The notes beneath the pieces were generated by a model that saw nothing but the letters and a program-made list of their open reading frames with translations, was not told the DNA's origin and ran no database searches. Source: Dicyema japonicum (lineage: Eukaryota > Animalia > Dicyemida). From it: 64,000 nt of DNA. Location: NCBI GenBank assembly GCA_011109175.1, contig RDEW01000014.1, positions 868,001 through 932,000 on the forward strand, read 5' to 3'. Positions 1 through 12,079 of this stretch are shown here, in pieces. How positions within the stretch are numbered: the stretch's first letter is position 1; each line of letters opens with the position of its first letter. Position numbers and translations under genes: made by a program.

Positions 1-1650
1 TTGGTAGACTAAGAATATTAGTTGTGATTCAATTATAAGATTTTTATGGGTTGGATTTTTTGTTCTGGTCCAATCAACTTTCCTGGATTGCGGATAGTTT
101 CAATGAGGACCGTGAAATTTGAATTGCCAACGAAAGAGTTCCATACGTCATCGGATAAATTTTTTTTTCAGATTCGAATATTTCATTTAGTAAAGAAAGA
201 GAGTAAATGGTCATATAGCGGCTGCTCTGACTCGGATAAATTATTCATAATCAGGTTTTCGAATATGCTTGATTAGGGACTTGTTCCATATTTCAGGGAT
301 TGTGTTGATGGATAGGTTAAGATGTAGGCTAATAGTTCCAGGACTTAATGACTCAGGTGATTTAGTTCACATGTGGCTATGTTGTCTGGTCCTCTGAGTT
401 GTTGACCTTGGCCTGTGGACATCCTGACTAGTAAAAAGAATCCAGTCATTGGAGTGTTTCGTGTTCAATCTTTTTCAGGAATACTTGGTGTTCTTTTGCA
501 AACTCTTGGGTGGATGCAGAATTCGTCTTTTGTCTCTGAGAAGGAGATTCTGACGTTCTTGATCCATTTACAGACTCTCTGCATTTGGAAGCTCCTGCAA
601 AGAGCCTTCGATAGTCTCGTCCATCTACTCTCATTTTATGTCTTGATGTTCTTGTTGATCTCTCTATTCAGTCCTCGTATTTTTCTGATGTTCTCTTCTG
701 TTGGTAATTTCACCCTCTTTATATTATTTCGTCCTCTGATCAAACGGTTCGTCGTTGTATCGAAACGTTTTGATGACGCAGGTTGCCTGCCCATTGGAAT
801 ATACTACCTTCTCGCAGCGCTTGAATAATTTCACTAATTGTTCGGAAATAGGAGTGGAAGAATTCAAGAGTCCAATGCAAATATCGACGTACTCATTGAA
901 TCCTCTCCAGTTCGCAAGGCTGTAATTAATTATCGTCGGAGATTGTCCTCTCATCCGTAATCTATTTTTGACAAATATTGGATTGTGGTCACTCCTGGTG
1001 GCATATCACGGGCCAGTCAATAAGGGGCCAGGGATGGAGATGACAGTGAGATATCAATGGATGAGGGTTTATCGTTACGTCAAGAAGGTTTTCTTGTATG
1101 GAGAACCCGATCGTTTAGTATGTAGTGGTCCTCAAATAGCATCTTCCCCTTTTTTCATGGGCTTGTCCTACAATGGATGCTTCGCATTGATGTCACCACA
1201 GATAATCACATCCTTCAGAGAATCTGGGAACGGGAGGAGCAAGAACTTAAAGGCGGGAGATATGCGTTGACTAATGTAGTGAAAGTCTGGGGAATCGGAT
1301 TTAGACTGCCACAAGTTCGAGATTTCCACAGTCATGGAGCATAGTGTAGACATTGTCAGTGATATCCTCGCATGGAATTCCGTTACGAATGACAGAATGC
1401 CTCCAACATGTTTCCCACGTCTGTCGCGACGAATAACTGTGAATCCCAGGAATCTTGGTGTTCCATTGCTGATGGAAAGTTTGGATTCTGGAGTAATATG
1501 TCGATGAGGTTTTTCTCCAAATAGGTTCAAGTATTTTACTCTTGATTCCATTCACATTCAGTTGAACTATCCTAGATAGTCCAGGTTTGGTTCGACATCT
1601 CCACATCGGCATATGTCTTCCTTGTTGGTCCGTCTCATAAGGATAAGGAA
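1..1650 (-). mobile_element. Degenerate APE-type LINE (endonuclease to start of RT)
   Basis: Minus-strand frames give RIVQLNVNGIKSK (APE N-terminus), RRDRRGKHVGGI and IICGDINAKHPL (EEP motifs), then NWRGF linker; many stops and frameshifts. Confidence 0.85.
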
Positions 1651-1879
1651 AGTGTAGTTCCTCTTCCTTCCAAATGCCGTCGTCGGCGAGCACACGACAT
1701 TATCATAACGTTAAAATTCAATAAGCTATAAATCTTTAATTAAATTGATTGATTTACAAATTTAATATTTCCATGGAGAAATAGTCAATATTATTTAGAA
1801 TCCAAGGGTCACAAAAAAAGATAAAATATCGTGATCCCAGTTCCTACAATCTTACATTTGTGGGCATCCGTTGAAAGTT

Positions 1880-3208
1880 AACGTTGTCGTGGTGCCATAT
1901 GGCTTGCCTGAAAAGGTGTCACTCAATCCAAAAAGGATGTTAAAGCCTTAGCTCATTTGGTGGTCGATGTAGTTCCCATATTAAAATAGTCAAAAATAAA
2001 TAAACATATTGTCGGTCGATATCGATTGTAATAAATAATAGTTTAAATTGCCAAACTACGTATACTATTTGAGTGCTGTAGGTGTACCGATGAATGACAT
2101 GACACCAGAGAGAAGAAAAGCAGGTTTAATAAATTTTAATAATTAAGTTTCTGCTGAGCCTTTTGACCCTTCGTTGGATGAAGATCATACACTTGTATGG
2201 GCAATAATGAAATTCCTTAGAAGTTTTACGAAAAGACTGAGGAGCAAAAGACACGTTTGGTAGAAAGTGTAAAGAATATTCTAATTTTTCGAAATCTAAG
2301 TGCTGTGAGTGTGTATTATTTATGTTTAGAAAGAACTGAGTGTAACAATCGATGCAATGTTTGAGAGAAAGGTAACCAAAGGGGAAATTATTATTAAAGA
2401 ATTTGATGATCAGGATTACTTTTATGTTATAGACTGGTAATTAATTATTTTATTTTAGTGGTATCTTTGAAGTTTTAAAATCATCAAATTCTAATCAAAT
2501 TAAAGTCATGAATTACAATAATACTGGGTTCTTTGGTGAGTTGGCCCTCATGTATAATCAACCTCGAGCAGCTACTGTACGGGCTGTTACAGATGGTGTT
2601 CTATGGTGTATGGACCGCCAAACCTTTCGTAAAATCGTAGTCCAAGGAGCTTTTAATAAAATGAAAAAATATGATGATCTCATCAGGAATGTCAAATTCC
2701 TTTCTGCTCTTCCTGTTTTACATTCTTAATATTTAGGAATCTGACTGTATGAAGATAATAGATGCTCTTGTTACTGTCTATTTTAAACCAGGACAACAAA
2801 TTATCAAACAGGTTCTCCATATTATTATTATTAAGGGAGATGAAGCTAATGGAGTGTACTTTATAGAATCAGGAGATGTTGTCTGTAAGGTTTCGTCAAC
2901 TGCAAATCCAGAAGATGAGAAAATAGTAAATAATTTAAGTCAGGGAGATTATTTTGGGGGTTATTTTATAATTTAATTCATAGAATTGGCAATTCTATTA
3001 TATAAACCCAGAGTTGCTTCTGTTTATGCTGTTAATGCAGTGACATGTGCATGTAATATTTATTCATTATTTAGTTTTGGATGTTGAGGCATTTGAGAGG
3101 CTTATTGGTCCTTTCTCTAAGGCCATGTCTGAAAAATTTGTGGATTACCAAGATCAGCTTAAAAAAATATTTGGAGTTGACGTTGATTTTGAGGATTTAC
3201 GTTCTTAG
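1880..3208 (+). CDS. PRKAR2: cAMP-dependent protein kinase regulatory subunit, type II-like; 5' end uncertain
   Basis: After removing eight GT-AG introns of 22-26 nt (2124-2147, 2195-2220, 2305-2329, 2437-2458, 2715-2736, 2812-2835, 2960-2983, 3053-3074) one open frame results: RRKAVSAE inhibitor site, [17 protein letters not shown] (CNB-A), [17 protein letters not shown] (CNB-B), [11 protein letters not shown]; stop TAG 3206-3208; possible degenerate D/D domain VVPYGLPEK near 1890. Confidence 0.9.
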
Positions 3209-3219
3209 TTTGTTTTACT

Positions 3220-3225
3220 AATAAA
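3220..3225 (+). terminator. AATAAA polyadenylation signal of the PKA-R gene
   Basis: Canonical hexamer about 12 nt after the stop codon. Confidence 0.5.
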
Positions 3226-3529
3226 TTATTAACTTACTACCTCAATAAATCACTTATTCCTTTATACCTCTAAAACTACTACCAATATAGTTGTTCTGCT
3301 TATTAATGGCTTCTGCCAAAGTTATTACACAATAATACAAAATACAAACTTATAAGAGATCCGAAGCAACCTTACAGCAAAAAAGTCAGGGAGACCTACC
3401 AGAAATAACCAAGAGATAAAAAGGGCAGTATAAAGTACAAGTACAGTGATGATGATTCTGGAGATGAACACCGGGTGTTTTAACCATTGAGCTTTAAGCC
3501 ACAGAGTCACTAAAACGTCTCGTAAAAGA

Positions 3530-4520
3530 TTGAAAGAGATTCAAGTCGAGGACAATAGCTGCTTCCTTGATATGCCTGGGTTTTTCTGTTGAATGGAAAT
3601 TAGTTGAGTTAGAAGACCCCAATCCAGATACTATAACTGACAACATTTCGGACACATTGCAAAACATTTGGAATAAGGTAAGGAAATGATTTGGAGGATC
3701 TATAGTTCTCCAGAGTTCCCGGAACTAACCAGTGTAAGATCTGGTGTCAACTACGGGTCCGGCAGATACTGGCTATGACGGTTGTCGATGCACAGAAAGC
3801 TTTGGCCTCTATGAGAAAAGGAGATAAGGTAACATGGAATAAGTCGATAATCAATATTTGGAAGAAAAGCTAAAAAACTCTTGCTTGGAACTTATCCTGG
3901 GAGCCTCTGGAAAGCGTCAAGAAAGTTAACGTATGTGATTAATCGTTTAAATGAAGGGGGTGGTAAAGTGAATTTGGATTAACTGAACGTGTATTCGGAA
4001 ACATAAAAATCATGATCGTGAATGGCCAATCAATCTTGAAGACAAGAGATAGCCTCCTTGGCGAAGGCCGATCAAACGAGTAAACAAATAACAAATATCA
4101 TAAATTACTTAGAAGGCTTCTCCCAAAAAATATACTCAAGAAACGATGATGTTGTCTCAATTTTATGGAACATCAAGACTGATGAAAAGAAATAATCTAA
4201 AGACTAAACTAAGAAGATCCTTAGATCAACAGGACCGCTTAGGCCCATCTTATAAAAATCGACGACCTTCAAAAGCATTTGTTGGAGCGATTCAGAATCT
4301 ATAATGATAGCAAGATAACTCTCAACTACGAATTCTAAATAAGTACAATCCTTCTTTCTGGGAGGTACCCCATGGAATGAGGAACCTGGAGTAAATCACA
4401 AACAAGATTATTTTCAAGAGACCTGATATAATTAAGAAGAGGTGCCTCCAGTTTTTGAGGCACAACTTAAAAAAATATTTGAAGTATTTCCACATTATAA
4501 TCGTCGACTCCACAATCACC
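3530..4520 (+). mobile_element. Highly degenerate non-LTR retrotransposon remnant
   Basis: Broken frames with GPLRPI-like RT motif near 4235; no intron-like structure. Confidence 0.3.
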
Positions 4521-5460
4521 ATGCGTACAGCGGGGAGAGTTAAAATGACAGTTACTCAAGGAGACTCTGGACCGCTTGTGTCAGCTTGACAAGAATACAT
4601 CATTATTCCTCCTAAAGAGCAGCCTCAACGTACAGAGGCTTGCATATGTCCTGAGGACTTCCCCTTATTTCACCCAATTCGACCAATTCGCACACATTGA
4701 CGGGATTTTCCGCTCAACAGTGGAGGATATCTTCAATGTCCGGATTGAGGAATACTCATGGAAGTAGGCCACACTGCCGGTCAAACTTGGAGGGATTAGA
4801 ATTCGCAACTCTATAGATTTTTATATCCCTGCATATTTATTGTCACTAATGGTATGCAATATCCTTGTCAAGAAAATACTATACTCCATCCCCGAATTCT
4901 CTACTGACCGGTCATGTTTGAGGTCTGGAGCCGTACCTACCTGTTTTCCCCACCTACCTTGAACTCTCAATGGGGTCTGGACGATTCCATATGCCGGAAG
5001 TGATTTGAAGATCTGATAGTATCATCTACCCATGACAGCCGTGCTTTTTTGCTTTCGAAGGCATCTTCCAAGAGCGGAGCCTGACTCAACGCCATTCCTA
5101 ATATAGTTTTGGGTAGCTTTCTGGATGATGATTGCGTCCGTATTCGGATCTCATTACGATTCGGATTAGAAATCTGTGTGTCACATCCATGCTGATGCGA
5201 GGACCTGTTTGGCCTGCACGAAGAGTGCGGGCAGATCTCCCAGACACATGGATTTGAACGAAGTCGTTGGTCGAGCTCTGACGCTGCTGGAGACCCCTCT
5301 GTGCTCGAACCAGTGGCAATGTAAGCGACAAAACCATAGTCAATTATCTCTGAAGGAATCCCGAAGGAGCTAGTGAATTGGATGAAAGAGTACTTATAAG
5401 GAAGAAACTCGATGTTAGATACGGACGGTATCTTTCAGGTATGATATTATTGAAGAAATG
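4520..5460 (+). mobile_element. CRE-clade non-LTR retrotransposon fragment
   Basis: RLAYVLRTSP, LPVKLGGLGIR, GAWLNAIP, CTKSAGRSPRHMDLNEVVGRAL (CCHC region before the RLE nuclease). Confidence 0.75.
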
Positions 5461-5639
5461 ATTTCCACAGGGATCCATTTTGAGGTATCCATTTTATTAT
5501 TTAAAGTTCTGATAACCAGTTTCCCTCCTCCGAGGTTAACAAGTACTAGATATCATATACACAGACAACGCACTAATGTCTGAAGTGTCGAGATCGAGTA
5601 TGATCTCTGATATGGGATTAAATGTATATACGGAGAGAT

Positions 5640-6060
5640 AAGAGACTGGTGCGCTCTCCAAAAATTAAAATTATCAGAGGAAAAATCTAATGTAATGAAG
5701 TTTTTCAGATAGAACGAAAAAGGATGTTAGCAAGGCTCCCTATCTGCTCTAAATACTATGGAATCCTTAAAATATCTCTGAACTCCATTTGAGAAAACTG
5801 GGTGTATACGAGATTAATCTTCAAAGAGAAAACAACAATTTATTAACAACAGTTTTCTGGAGGGTATTACATCTAAGTCCTACCATAAGGCTTAAACTCC
5901 ATACGCTTCCTCCTTTTTTAATTTTCTCAAAACGTTTCTCCCAGTCATGTACATGTCCTGGATCTTTGATCTTCCTCTTCGGAAAGAAGAACCATCCCTC
6001 GCAACATACAGTAGGTTAGAATAACTCCCTTGAAGATAAACAGGTAGGTATGAGTAAATT
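5640..6060 (+). mobile_element. RT fragment of an RLE-type non-LTR element
   Basis: Degenerate QGS.LS and KYLG motifs. Confidence 0.4.
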
Positions 6061-6439
6061 AAAAATCCAAATTTAGACGTTTTTTATTATTTATCACTTA
6101 AAATCATTTCATCCCTCGTCTATGGATTTGGATAGAATTTCACTTCATATAAGGAGCGACGTAGTAAGATGTGCAAGCAGCTCAATGAGACTTTAGATGA
6201 GGATGAAGACAGACTATTAATGTCGAGCAGCAGCAGAGAAAAGGAAGGCGAAATTTCTGAAAAGAGATCTTTGACTCATACATCGTAGCCCGAAATGAAT
6301 TATAAGACGGATCTGAGGTCGCAGGATAAGAGTCAAAGCTGTGATAGGACTTTTGTTAAAAGAAACCTAAAAAATACCATCTTACTTTCCATTTGGTAAT
6401 AAAGTTCGTTAATGGAAGTGGGCTATCTTAAGTACTCAG

Positions 6440-6640
6440 ATAACCTGGTCATGAAAATATGAAGATCTTCAAATAAGGATACAATTTGGATAGGTAAATG
6501 GAATAATGCTTGCTTTTAATTCGACCATCCATCTTCCCAGTCTCTTGATGTGAAAAAAAAGTTGTGATGAACATCTCAGTACTGGACAACAAGCGGTTCT
6601 TCAACAACCATTCGTTAAGACTGTCCAGGTTTCGTTGCAA
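6440..6640 (-). mobile_element. LINE RT fragment
   Basis: MQRNLDSLNEWLLKNRL resembles the post-YADD RT segment. Confidence 0.5.
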
Positions 6641-8500
6641 TCTGAGATAGCAGTCTGGCTGTCCAGATCATTATCATTTTCGGCATTTCGTGTAGGGAGA
6701 TCGGCCATAATAAAGGAGACAAAGGGGATCCTTGGATTAGGGAGATGCAGGGAAATAGATTTTGACTTTCCAATGCAAACACATTACCTCCTATCGCTAA
6801 GGAGGTTAAACTTTATAAAGATTTTTGTTGAAAAATTTTCCAAGAATCATCCTCGACAATCAGTCGAAAACCTAGTGGAGGTTAAAAAAACAAAGTCTTC
6901 AGATGTCCCGGCTTGTGCGAAAACCACAATGCATAAATTTATTTATCCTCTTTGAATTCATGTTGAAATGCTATATCTTGGAGAAAGTCTTTGATTTTTG
7001 AGAGAACCAACCTAATTCTTCGTTTTTCCGGGTTTCATAATTAAACGGAGGTGTGCAAGTTTCAAAAGGCTGAAATAAATTATTTGTTGATTGAGTGGTT
7101 ATATTCCTCGTAAATGCAGTGATTCCATAATAACCAAGATTCGTAGGAGGATTATTATGATTTTGTCAGGGCCGTTAGAGTAGATTGTTTATGAGTTTCA
7201 ACACATTCCTCAGATTGTTTACTTTAAAGTATATCGAGTCTGTTCCCTTTTCTGCAGTAGACTTTCAGTAAATCGACGGTAAAAAATGATTTTCAACAGA
7301 TTATCAAAGTATATTGAAGATAAAAATTTTTTTATCGATGATAAGTTGGGTTTCCGTCCCCACTCGAAGGACTGGAGATTGTTTTTCAATATTATCAAAT
7401 TTTATATGTATTGCTAAGAATGTCTTACGGCCGTATTCCTAGACATATCAAAGGCTTTTGATAGCGTTTGGCATGGTGGGTTGTTGAAGACTCTGTCAAA
7501 TTTAAATGTTAAAAGTAAGACACTTATGTGGATGAAAAATTTTCTTTCTGGTAGAGAATCTTTTATACGGGTTGGAAATCAATTATCGAAGAAAATTTTG
7601 TTAAAAAGAGGGGTTCCACAAGGGTGTGTATTAAGCCCCCTCTTATTCAATTGTGTTATGTGTGACATTCCGAAGGTTGAACACAAATTCGAAAATGCTA
7701 ATTTATGCAGATGATATACTTTTGCTTGATCTTAGTATAAATAAATCGATTCCCTGGAAACGTGTTTCAACTCATATTGAAAAAAATTAAATGTTGGTGC
7801 CGAGATAAAGGTTTATCTTTATCTCTAGAAAAATGTACTGTTTCATGGATTGTGAATAACAAAAATAGTCAAAAATTTGTTTTAACATTGGAGAAATCAA
7901 ATCATGGAACAGTTGCAATATCTTGGTGTTTGTGTGAATTCGAAGGGTTCCTTTATAAATTACATCAAGAACAGAAGGAAAAAAGCTACCGCGATGTTGA
8001 AGTCGCTTCTACGATTTCAATTGAGTCCGGAAACTTTTTTATGTTTATAAATTTTGTATAGGACCATTCCTGATTTATGGCTTCCAAGGATGGTTTGAAA
8101 GTGATGAGAGAAGTATTCTAGTAAAGCTTTTCGATAGATCGAGGAGATATGCCATTAAACTGGTATATGGACTTGATTTAAAATCTAAATTACCGCCTAG
8201 TTATGAAAACGCACTGGATCTATTGATAAAAATATTGCACCACTGGAAAAAAATAATTCTTGTTTGGTGCAAAGCGTCATCCTGTGCAGGCAGTGCAACT
8301 CTCACAATACACATCCACGACGTGTCTTATGAGAAGGGTATACATCACCCCCTCCAATTCCTATTCCCCAAACCACCCCGCTCACAGAGAAGTTGCGTTG
8401 GATCCCAGAAGGCGAACCAGGAGAAAATAAGAAATCTGATAGAGACCTTCGAGATCACTTAATTAATTTACTAATTAAATTAACTATTGGTGTCCTTGGG
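6640..8500 (+). mobile_element. APE-type LINE (Jockey/I-like), 5' truncated and degenerate
   Basis: AVFLDISKAFDSVWH, RGVPQGCVLSPLLFN; ORF ends IRNLIETFEIT-stop at 8462. Confidence 0.85.
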
Positions 8501-8752
8501 TTAATAATAATAAATAAATATAACCACAAAAAGCCTAAACCACAATGTCATAGATTATGTACAGATTCCCAATAAATTTAATCACAGTTAAAAGGAAACG
8601 TCCTCAATATTGCTAAAATAACAAAATGGGGTTGAAATATGGAACCTCGTGCAAAATTTATGTGAAAATAAATCTATAGGTGTAAAATGTAAAAAAATCT
8701 AAAATATATTTTTAAATAATATATAAAAACTTTAAATAATAATAATAATAAA

Positions 8753-9541
8753 ATGTCTTATAATGAGGTATATACTAATAATAATAAAGAATCCAAATAA
8801 TGAAAACATAACTCAAATAACATTATCATCTTCTCAACAATCATATTTTATGCCTGTTGCATTCAATAGTAGTCCATACTCATTTCAGTGGCCTGTACCA
8901 CAAATTGATCAATTTAACGTATTTTTACAAATAATGATAGATCATGTCTCAGTTTTATTGCCCTTATTTTCACTTATTTCCTCATACTCTGTTAATGGAC
9001 AACCTCCTTCTTCATCATTCATTATGTACTGATATCAGACCACAACTCTTTAATGGTCAACAGATAATCACTCAAACTGTTTTGAGTGAACCTGACACTC
9101 ACCAAAACTATAGAGAGGACATTTCAGACGAGTCTACTGTAGAAGGGAGTGAATTTATACCATCAGGAATCAACTGCACCAATGTCATAACCCAAGAAAT
9201 AAATGGGATCCAATATTATGAGATTCAAGGATTCAGTGATGATGTCTACTATTATTATTTATTTTAGGAGACTGAAGATGATGGTAAATACTTAATAGAA
9301 GGGACAAGAAAGAGTATTAACGATTGGACAGTAATGTTTTATTAATGTTGAGGTTGATGATGTTGTTCAATTTATTCATTCAATTCCCAATTGTGGTATG
9401 TATGCTGATTTATTCCGTCAAGAGAACATTGATGGGTCAATTCTTCCACTCATAACAGAGGATCATCTAATAAACAGGAGTGTACCTTTGGGACAATCTC
9501 TCAAAATCATTAATTCTGTTAAAAACATAACTTTATCTTAA
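8753..9541 (+). CDS. SAM-domain protein of the Polyhomeotic/Scm/SAMD family
   Basis: Four introns of 22-24 nt (8768-8789, about 8919-8940, about 9244-9267, 9331-9352); C-terminal WTVDDVVQFIHSIPNCGMYADLFRQENIDGSILPLITEDHL..PLGQSLKI matches the Ph/Scm SAM consensus. Confidence 0.85.
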
Positions 9542-9563
9542 TTATTATTTGGGGTATTTAGTC

Positions 9564-10121
9564 ATGACAATCAATCTTATTGATTATCTATTAGTTACCA
9601 TAGGAATTCAATATATTAACTTAAATTCTATAATAATCCGTTTGTTGCAATTACATCCTTACAAAGTAAAAATAGCATCTGTTTGCCTACTTTTGGTGGG
9701 AATAGCTGCCATTGCTATAGATTCTCTACATATTGAGGTCCTTCAAGTGTCACATGTTCGTTATTTTGGAATTTACGGAGGATTCACGCTGACTATTACG
9801 GGAATTGAAGGATTAGTGGTGGCAAACTCTTCAAAAATAAGATATGTAAATTATTTAATTAATAAAGATTGTGTGGGGATGTGTCCTAAATATTATGTCG
9901 TTAATATTCGGTTCAATTATGATAACAGTGGAGTCAGTCTTAGAGTTACATATGAGCAACCCAAATAACCTAAACAGAACGGTTGAGATTATTAAATAAA
10001 ATAGGAGGTTAATCGGGTCACATTTGGTTGTCTACTGTTTACGTCATTAATAAGTTTTTTTCCTGTAATTTACCTTATAATAACATTAATATCCACAATT
10101 ATAAAATCCAAAATTATTTAA
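9564..10121 (+). CDS. Four-TM CD20/MS4A-like membrane protein
   Basis: Removing introns 9846-9867 and about 9982-10004 gives four hydrophobic helices (IASVCLLLVGIAAIAI; GIYGGFTLTITGIEGLVVA; IVWGCVLNIMSLIFGSIMI; FGCLLFTSLISFFPVIYLII) with MS4A-like spacing. Confidence 0.6.
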
Positions 10122-10155
10122 TAAATTATTAAGTTTATTTAAATTATTTATTCTC

Positions 10156-11419
10156 ATGGCCAATCGCATATTCATTTCCCAAATTAAATCAAATTTGGAC
10201 AAAATATCATTTATTGATGATTTGGAAAGGAGAGACTGTAATAGTATTGTAAGAAGACGGAAAAGGGTTGACAAGGTTACTAAAGATGAGATATTTGGTA
10301 AACTAATAGCATACGGATTACAAGTTATTAAAAATAGTTGTGAATTAATTCCATGGCTTATATCTGCCAATTTAACACGACGTGCCACAGACTTATATAT
10401 TAGTGAATTAAAGGACAATCAAGAGTGGGATGTCATTTCCAAAATGTTTTTATATTATTTGCAAGATCAAATAAAAACATTGACTTTGGAGGACATTCAT
10501 AATATGCTCACTACAACACCCATTAGTCACAATCTGTGTTCTATAAAGAATGGGAGACATCACATGGAAGATTATTTTTCCATTATTCCAGATTTACAGG
10601 TTGTTACAATATTTAAAGTTGGTTGTTTGTAATATTAGGGTAATGCTTCATTTTATGGAGTATTTGATGGACATTGTGGAGAACAGGCTGCAGCCTTCTG
10701 TTCATATCACCTTCACCATTACCTGGCAAGGAGACTTATGGAAATAAGGAGACCATTTAATCGTAATAATGTTGAAAATGCAATCATTGAGTCTATCAAA
10801 GACTGTGACGAAGGATTATATAAAAAAGTATTATTTTTTTAGTATTTAAAAGAAAGATAAAAGTGGATGTACTGTAGCTTTCATTCTATTATTAGAGGAC
10901 AACCTGTATATTACATGGTTGGGGGATAGTGAAATAGCTATTATGAACTCTGACTCGACAATTTGTCGTATTACTACCCCTCATAAACCTGAGGTATATA
11001 TTTACTTTATTTTGTTTGAACATAAAAGGATTACTGAAAGTGGGGGATCTGTAATGTATAGGGATGGATGGAGAGTTAATGGGTTATTATCAGTATCAAG
11101 GTCCATTGGATCGTTTGATTTGAGACCAGCAGTCTCCAATCTTCCCCAGGTCATTCTCCTTGAGAGTGGGTTTTATCAACGAATCATTTTGGGAACTGAT
11201 GGATTTTGGGATGTTTTTGAAGACAACGAACTTGAAATGGTAGTAAATGAATGCATGGGAGAAGGTGATGAGTTAGCATGGTCATTAGTAATGGAGGCAG
11301 TAAACCGAGGATCTTCAGATAACATAACTGTAATTGTAGTGGAATTGGGGGATTTATTTAATGTGCATACTAATGATTGTGTTGGTTGTAATTGTATAAC
11401 AAGATGTAATATTATATAA
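10156..11419 (+). CDS. PP2C phosphatase, PPM1E/PPM1F-like
   Basis: SIKNGRHHMED, FYGVFDGHCG, SGCT, TWLGDS, PHKPE, WRVNGLLSVSRSIG, LGTDGFWD, GSSDNITV; introns of 21 nt (about 10619-10639) and 25 nt (10828-10852). Confidence 0.9.
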
Positions 11420-11529
11420 ATTTGTGTTTATTTGTAATATTCCATTAATGCTTATTATATTTACATTATCACAATAATAAGCAATATCCTCTATTATTTA
11501 TACTAACCAATATGTTTTTTCACTTATAA

Positions 11530-11960
11530 TTTTTTAAGAAGTAACTCCCACTTTTATGTTGTATTATAAGTTCATCTGCTTCCACTCGGATTACAACAAG
11601 AAACAATTATTTGGATTGATTCAGATACATCCAATAATTTCATTGTGCCTTCGGTTATAATCGAAGCAGTGTTCTCTCCATTACAATGTTGAAATTTCGC
11701 GTTAACATCTCGGAAAACATATTTCTATCTTGGAGTAAGAAGAGCATAGTCTCAGAACAGAGAAAAATTTTAGACAACAGCATTTTTATTTCCATTCCAG
11801 TAACATCTTTTCTTACTTGCAGAGTCCCAAGCTATTTGTCGGAAATAAACAGTATTTCTTTGCATTTTGATCTGAGATGAATTCTCATGTTTTCTAGCAA
11901 TCTTTGGACGAATTTGTTAATAGGGGAAGTGTTTTATATTCGGCAATCTAAATCAAATAA
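11530..11960 (-). mobile_element. Possible DDE (hAT-like) transposase remnant
   Basis: HCNGENTASII resembles the hAT HTGENIA motif; frames broken. Confidence 0.3.
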
Positions 11961-12079
11961 ATAATTTAAAACAATTACATTTAAAACTATCAGAAATAAA
12001 TGAACTAAGTGATTTTTCCCCTTCAACTAATTCTCCTCTTCTTTGCCCCTTGGAACGATTATACTGCTTCATTCGTTCC

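Noticed and set aside
3325-3510. 61-aa hydrophobic ORF as a membrane protein
   Set aside because: Non-ATG start, antisense to purine-rich TE-like sequence, no introns or homology
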